From assembly GCA_027490225.1 (NCBI GenBank), contig JAIXYK010000006.1:1304-65303 (forward strand): a stretch of DNA of 64,000 nucleotides. The letters run 5' to 3'. Each line of letters opens with the position of its first letter. Positions within the stretch are counted from its first letter, which is position 1. The translations under genes and the position numbers were made by a program. The notes below the pieces were generated by a model. The model ran no database searches. It was given only the letters and a program-made list of their open reading frames with translations, and was not told where the DNA came from. The stretch is from Bacteroidota bacterium (lineage in GTDB: Bacteria > Bacteroidota > Bacteroidia > M30B66). Positions 59,988-64,000 of this stretch are shown one piece after another.

Positions 59988-61649
59988 TTAAACTTCAGCT
60001 AAATAGCGGTGTACAAACGAAATAGCCATTGCACCTTCGCCAACAGCCGAAGCTACACGGTTCATAGCTCCCGAACGCACATCTCCCGCAGCAAAAATCC
60101 CTGGAATACTTGTTTCTAATAGATATGGTTCACGAGGTTGTTTCCAGTTTTTCTTAAAATCATCTTTCAATTGCAAATCTCTTCCAGTAAGCACAAAACC
60201 CTTGTCATCTTTAAATAATTCATCAGGTGTCCAATCTGTAAATGGTTTTGCACCAATAAAGATGAATAATGCTGCGGCATCAAAACATTCACTTTTATTC
60301 TCTTTGTAAAATTTAATTTTCACCCTTTCTAAACTATCTCCTCCTTCTACGCTTTCTATTTCCGAGTTTCCTAAAACAGCAATGTTTGGGGTTTCTGCAA
60401 TTTGGTCTATAAGGTAAGAAGACATGGTTGCAGTTAAATCGGGTTTTCTTATTACAATAAATACATTTTTCGAAAACTTGCTCAAATACATGGCTGCTTG
60501 ACCCGCGCTGTTTCCGCCTCCAACTATATAAACATCTTTGTCTTTGCAGGCATGTGCTTCAGTGTTGGCTGCACCATAATACACACCAGCACCTGTAAAT
60601 TGTGCCAAACCTTCCGTATCTAATTGTCTGTAAGAAACGCCAGAAGTAATAACCAAACTTTTGGTTGTAATGATTGCTCCATCTTTTAAATGCAACATTT
60701 TATATTGGTCGCGCAACTCAATTTTTACGACTTCTTGCGGACTTAACATTTCTGTACCAAAACGAGTAGCCTGTGTTACAGCTCTTCTGGTTAAATCTGC
60801 ACCGCTTAATCCTGTGGGAAAACCTAAGTAATTTTCAATTCTTGAAGATGTTCCGGCTTGTCCGCCAGGTGCATGTTTTTCTATGACCAATGTTTTTAAT
60901 CCTTCCGATGCTCCATAAACTGCCGCTGCCAATCCCGAGGGCCCTGCTCCAATAATTGCTACATCATACAAATCTGAAGATGCCGATGGATTTAATCCAA
61001 TTTTTTTTGCGATATCAGTAATTTCAGGATTTACAGAGAAACTTCCATCTTGGTAAAACACAACAGGTAATTGCGATGTTTTTAATCCATTAATTTCTAA
61101 CAACTCAGTTGCTTTCTCATTGGTAAGCAAGTCTAGCCATTGAAATGGAAACAAATTGCCAGATAAGAAATCCTTCACCGCATGCGATTTTGGGGAATAT
61201 TGATAGCCAACCACACGAATTCCAGCATAATCAGGAATTACAGTGCTTTGCCATTCCTCTAACAAATCATCCAACACTGGAAACAACTTTTCCTCTGGCG
61301 GATCCCATGGTTTCATGAGGTAATAATCTAAATGTACATCATTAATCGCCTTGATTGCTGCGTCTGTATCAGAATAAGCAGTAAGCAAAACGCGTTTCGC
61401 ATCGGGAAAAAATTCCCTGGCTTTTTCTAAAAAATCAACACCTTGCATTTCAGGCATTTTCTGGTCAGAAAGAAAAAGTGCTACCGATTCGCCTTTATTT
61501 TTTAATTCCTGCAAGCTTTCCAGCGCTTCATTGGCCGAAATGGTGCTCAAAATACGGTAATCGTTTCGGTATCGGGATTTTAAATCGCGGGTTACGGCTC
61601 TTAAAACCTGTTGGTCATCATCAACACAAAATAGTATGGCTTGTTTCAT
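59988..61649 (-). CDS. Response-regulator receiver domain fused to a thioredoxin-reductase-like FAD/NAD(P)-binding oxidoreductase
   Basis: The N-terminal REC domain has its phospho-acceptor Asp in FLSDQKMPEMQG and K in YYLMKPW. The C-terminal domain has two dinucleotide-binding motifs (DVAIIGAGPSG and VYIVGGGNSAG). The TrxR CxxC redox motif is absent; only AHAC is present. Confidence 0.75.
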   Translation of the reverse strand: MKQAILFCVDDDQQVLRAVTRDLKSRYRNDYRILSTISANEALESLQELKNKGESVALFLSDQKMPEMQGVDFLEKAREFFPDAKRVLLTAYSDTDAAIKAINDVHLDYYLMKPWDPPEEKLFPVLDDLLEEWQSTVIPDYAGIRVVGYQYSPKSHAVKDFLSGNLFPFQWLDLLTNEKATELLEINGLKTSQLPVVFYQDGSFSVNPEITDIAKKIGLNPSASSDLYDVAIIGAGPSGLAAAVYGASEGLKTLVIEKHAPGGQAGTSSRIENYLGFPTGLSGADLTRRAVTQATRFGTEMLSPQEVVKIELRDQYKMLHLKDGAIITTKSLVITSGVSYRQLDTEGLAQFTGAGVYYGAANTEAHACKDKDVYIVGGGNSAGQAAMYLSKFSKNVFIVIRKPDLTATMSSYLIDQIAETPNIAVLGNSEIESVEGGDSLERVKIKFYKENKSECFDAAALFIFIGAKPFTDWTPDELFKDDKGFVLTGRDLQLKDDFKKNWKQPREPYLLETSIPGIFAAGDVRSGAMNRVASAVGEGAMAISFVHRYLAEV

Positions 61650-61658
61650 TATTTCTTT

Positions 61659-63065
61659 TTAGTTGAATGGAATACATACTTCAAATTCGGTTCTTCCAGG
61701 TTCTGAAATTACAGTAACTTTTCCATTGTGTTGCTTAACAATTCTATTTACCACATCTAAACCCAGACCTGTGCCTTTTCCCATTTCTTTGGTAGTAAAA
61801 AACGGGTCGAAAATTTTATTTTTAACTTCTGCAGGAATTCCTGGACCATTATCAGTTAGTGAAACCTTTAAGAAATCTCCATCTTTTCTTGTATTTATGG
61901 TTAGCGTTGGATTTGATGTATTTTCTAATGCATCAATGGCATTGTCAATTAAGTTCGTCCACACCTGGTTGAGTTCGCTGATATACACTTTAGCTTCTGG
62001 TAAATCTTTCTGAAAATCCTCAATCAATTGAATATTGTTCTTCTTGAATTTATGGTTCAACATGGTCATGGTATTTCGAATTCCATCGTGAATATTAGAC
62101 AATTGCTTATCTGCAGCTTTGTCCATATGCGTGAAATTTTTAACCGAAGCAACCAAATCTGAAATGCGTTTAGATGCTTCCTGAATGTCGCTCACCATTT
62201 TGTCTGTAATTAAGTTGTTGTTTATCCAACCCAGCACCGGACTTAAATCTTTTTCAGGAATTGTTTCTACAAAAAAATCGAAATCCTCATCTGTAAATCC
62301 AAATTCTACAAAGTTTTCAGCTATTTCGTAGGCATTATCAATATTGTGTACTTCTAACCAATCTACCAATTCATCTTCACAGGCGGCGCGTTCCATCAAA
62401 CTCAGTTTTGTGCTTGCTCTGTCAGGATTGTTTAAATGATTAAACAACCTATTATTTAAAGCATCTACTTGTTCATTCGTCATTCCAATTTCAATCACCC
62501 TTTTAAATGTTTCGGGTTGTAATTGCAAATGTTGCATTAATGAAGTAGAACTTCTCACAATTGCCGCTGCAGGATTATTTAACTCATGGGCTAAACCAGC
62601 GCTTAGTTTTCCCAAAGCCATCATTTTCTCATTCTGCGTTTGCATTTGGGTAAATTCCCTTACACGCGTAGTCATTTCATGCACAAAACGAGTGGTCAAT
62701 TCGTGGTGCTCCCGAATCATTTCCGGGAATTTTGTTTTTGGAAAGGAGAGAATAGTCGCCTTTTTTGATACAATTCCTTCAGCCCGGCCAACAGTAGCGC
62801 GAGAATAAGGCAAATTGCCAGTCAAATCGCCTGAATTAAGTACGTATAATTCGCGTTGTTGACCATTTTGCGAGAAGCGAATTTTCACCTCTCCAGCAAT
62901 CATTATATGCGTAAAATCAAGCGGTTCGTTTGGCTTAAAAAGGTATTCCCCATCTTCAAGATGAAGTATAGTTGCCTCCTTTACATACCATTCAATTTGT
63001 TCTATTGGTAAATCCTTAAAAATTTCAAAATCTTTAAGGATGTTTATGGCTTCGGATTGTGTCAT
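61659..63065 (-). CDS. Cytoplasmic sensor histidine kinase with an N-terminal cyclic-nucleotide-binding (cNMP) domain
   Basis: The cNMP-binding fold is FKDLPIEQIEWYV...GEYLFKPNEPLDFTHIMIAGEVKI. The HisKA H-box is LAHELNNP. The HATPase_c motifs are DNGPGIP and GTGLGL. No TM segments are present. Confidence 0.75.
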   Translation of the reverse strand: MTQSEAINILKDFEIFKDLPIEQIEWYVKEATILHLEDGEYLFKPNEPLDFTHIMIAGEVKIRFSQNGQQRELYVLNSGDLTGNLPYSRATVGRAEGIVSKKATILSFPKTKFPEMIREHHELTTRFVHEMTTRVREFTQMQTQNEKMMALGKLSAGLAHELNNPAAAIVRSSTSLMQHLQLQPETFKRVIEIGMTNEQVDALNNRLFNHLNNPDRASTKLSLMERAACEDELVDWLEVHNIDNAYEIAENFVEFGFTDEDFDFFVETIPEKDLSPVLGWINNNLITDKMVSDIQEASKRISDLVASVKNFTHMDKAADKQLSNIHDGIRNTMTMLNHKFKKNNIQLIEDFQKDLPEAKVYISELNQVWTNLIDNAIDALENTSNPTLTINTRKDGDFLKVSLTDNGPGIPAEVKNKIFDPFFTTKEMGKGTGLGLDVVNRIVKQHNGKVTVISEPGRTEFEVCIPFN

Positions 63066-63213
63066 TTAATTAAGAAAGTATTTTAGAAGCACTTTTTATG
63101 GTGCTAGTTTATTTTGTCCAATATCGCAATTTTAAAACTAGTTTAAATACAAGTTCTAAAACTTAGGTATTTCAAATAAAATACCACCGCCTTTATCGGA
63201 CAAAATGGCTTTC

Positions 63214-64000
63214 TTAATTTAACAACTCGAACCCGCAATAAGGAACCAAAGCTTTTGGAATCCTAATACCTTCTGGCGTTTGGTGATTTTCTAACAAGGC
63301 TGCCACAATGCGTGGAAGCGCCAATGCTGAACCGTTTAAAGTATGCGCTAAACGTGGTTTTTGCTCGCCTTCTTTGAAACGCAATTTCAACCTGTTGCTT
63401 TGGAAAGCCTCAAAGTTAGAAGTTGAACTCACTTCCAGCCATTTTTGCTGTGCAGTAGAATACACTTCCATGTCGTAAGTAAATGCAGAAGCAAAACCCA
63501 TATCGCCTCCGCATAATTTCAATACACGATAAGGTAATTCTAAGTCTTTCAGTAAGTTAGTAACATGGTTGCGCATTTCTTCCAAAATCTTGTACGATTC
63601 ATCAGGATGTGCAATTTGAACAATTTCCACTTTATCAAACTGGTGCAAACGATTCAATCCACGCACATCTTTTCCATAAGAACCAGCTTCTCTTCTGAAA
63701 CATGGCGTATAGCCACAAGATTTTATTGGTAAATCTTCTGCTTTTTGAATGGTGTCCCTAAAAATGTTGGTGATTGGAACTTCAGCAGTTGGAATCATGT
63801 AGTACTGATCTTCCTGCATGTAGTACATTTGACCTTCCTTATCTGGCAATTGACCAGTTCCAAAACCAGAATCTGCATTTACCATTAATGGAGCCTGGTA
63901 TTCGGTATAACCAGCTGCTGTAGCGCGTTCTAAAAAGAAATTAATTAAAGCGCGTTGTAATTTTGCTCCCTTGCCTTTGTAAAATGGAAAACCTGCGCCA
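63214..64000 (-). CDS. serS: Serine--tRNA ligase, 3' portion; the N-terminal half runs off the window end
   Basis: Class II motifs are present (FRREAGSYGKDVRGLNRLHQFDKVE as motif 2, and GSALALPRIVAALLENHQ). The frame stays open upstream of the listed Met through 64000 (...RALINFFLERATAAGYTEYQAPLMVNADSGFGTGQLP). Confidence 0.9.
   Translation of the reverse strand, partial: GAGFPFYKGKGAKLQRALINFFLERATAAGYTEYQAPLMVNADSGFGTGQLPDKEGQMYYMQEDQYYMIPTAEVPITNIFRDTIQKAEDLPIKSCGYTPCFRREAGSYGKDVRGLNRLHQFDKVEIVQIAHPDESYKILEEMRNHVTNLLKDLELPYRVLKLCGGDMGFASAFTYDMEVYSTAQQKWLEVSSTSNFEAFQSNRLKLRFKEGEQKPRLAHTLNGSALALPRIVAALLENHQTPEGIRIPKALVPYCGFELLN

Overview
This 64-kb window is an AT-rich Bacteroidetes-type chromosomal segment. 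Supporting evidence is the many T9SS C-terminal sorting domains, the ftsX-DUF3098-uppP-truB synteny, and a tRNA gene preceded by the TTG/TAnnTTTG promoter consensus. Most of it is conserved housekeeping backbone: aspS; rplM-rpsI-rpsB-tsf-pyrH-frr; glmS; panCD; radA; fumC; leuS; the F-type ATP synthase operon atpBEFHAG; lipB; pfkA; and a partial serS. Interspersed are accessory and surface genes. Six predicted T9SS cargo proteins are present, including a pentaheme c-type cytochrome next to a CRTAC1/ASPIC-UnbV FG-GAP protein, a 1309-aa SBBP/PKD/CHU_C protein, and a collagen-like GPQ-repeat protein. There is also a bacterial serpin, a beta-carbonic anhydrase translationally coupled to an egtB-egtD ergothioneine pair with a bestrophin homologue upstream, and a cytoplasmic two-component pair (cNMP-binding histidine kinase plus a receiver fused to a TrxR-like flavoprotein). 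The strongest structural signal is a ~6-kb insertion between the convergent truB and atpG genes. It is bounded by two perfect 40-bp direct copies of the intrinsic terminator hairpin. It carries a 1375-aa parallel beta-helix/PKD T9SS cargo gene and an adjacent 424-aa T9SS cargo gene, with a G5TG6 tract immediately upstream of the first start codon. A ~350-nt GC-rich element with UUCG-capped hairpins, closed by a 10-bp terminal helix (5975-6330), looks like an unassigned structured RNA gene. No CRISPR arrays, transposases or integrases were seen.
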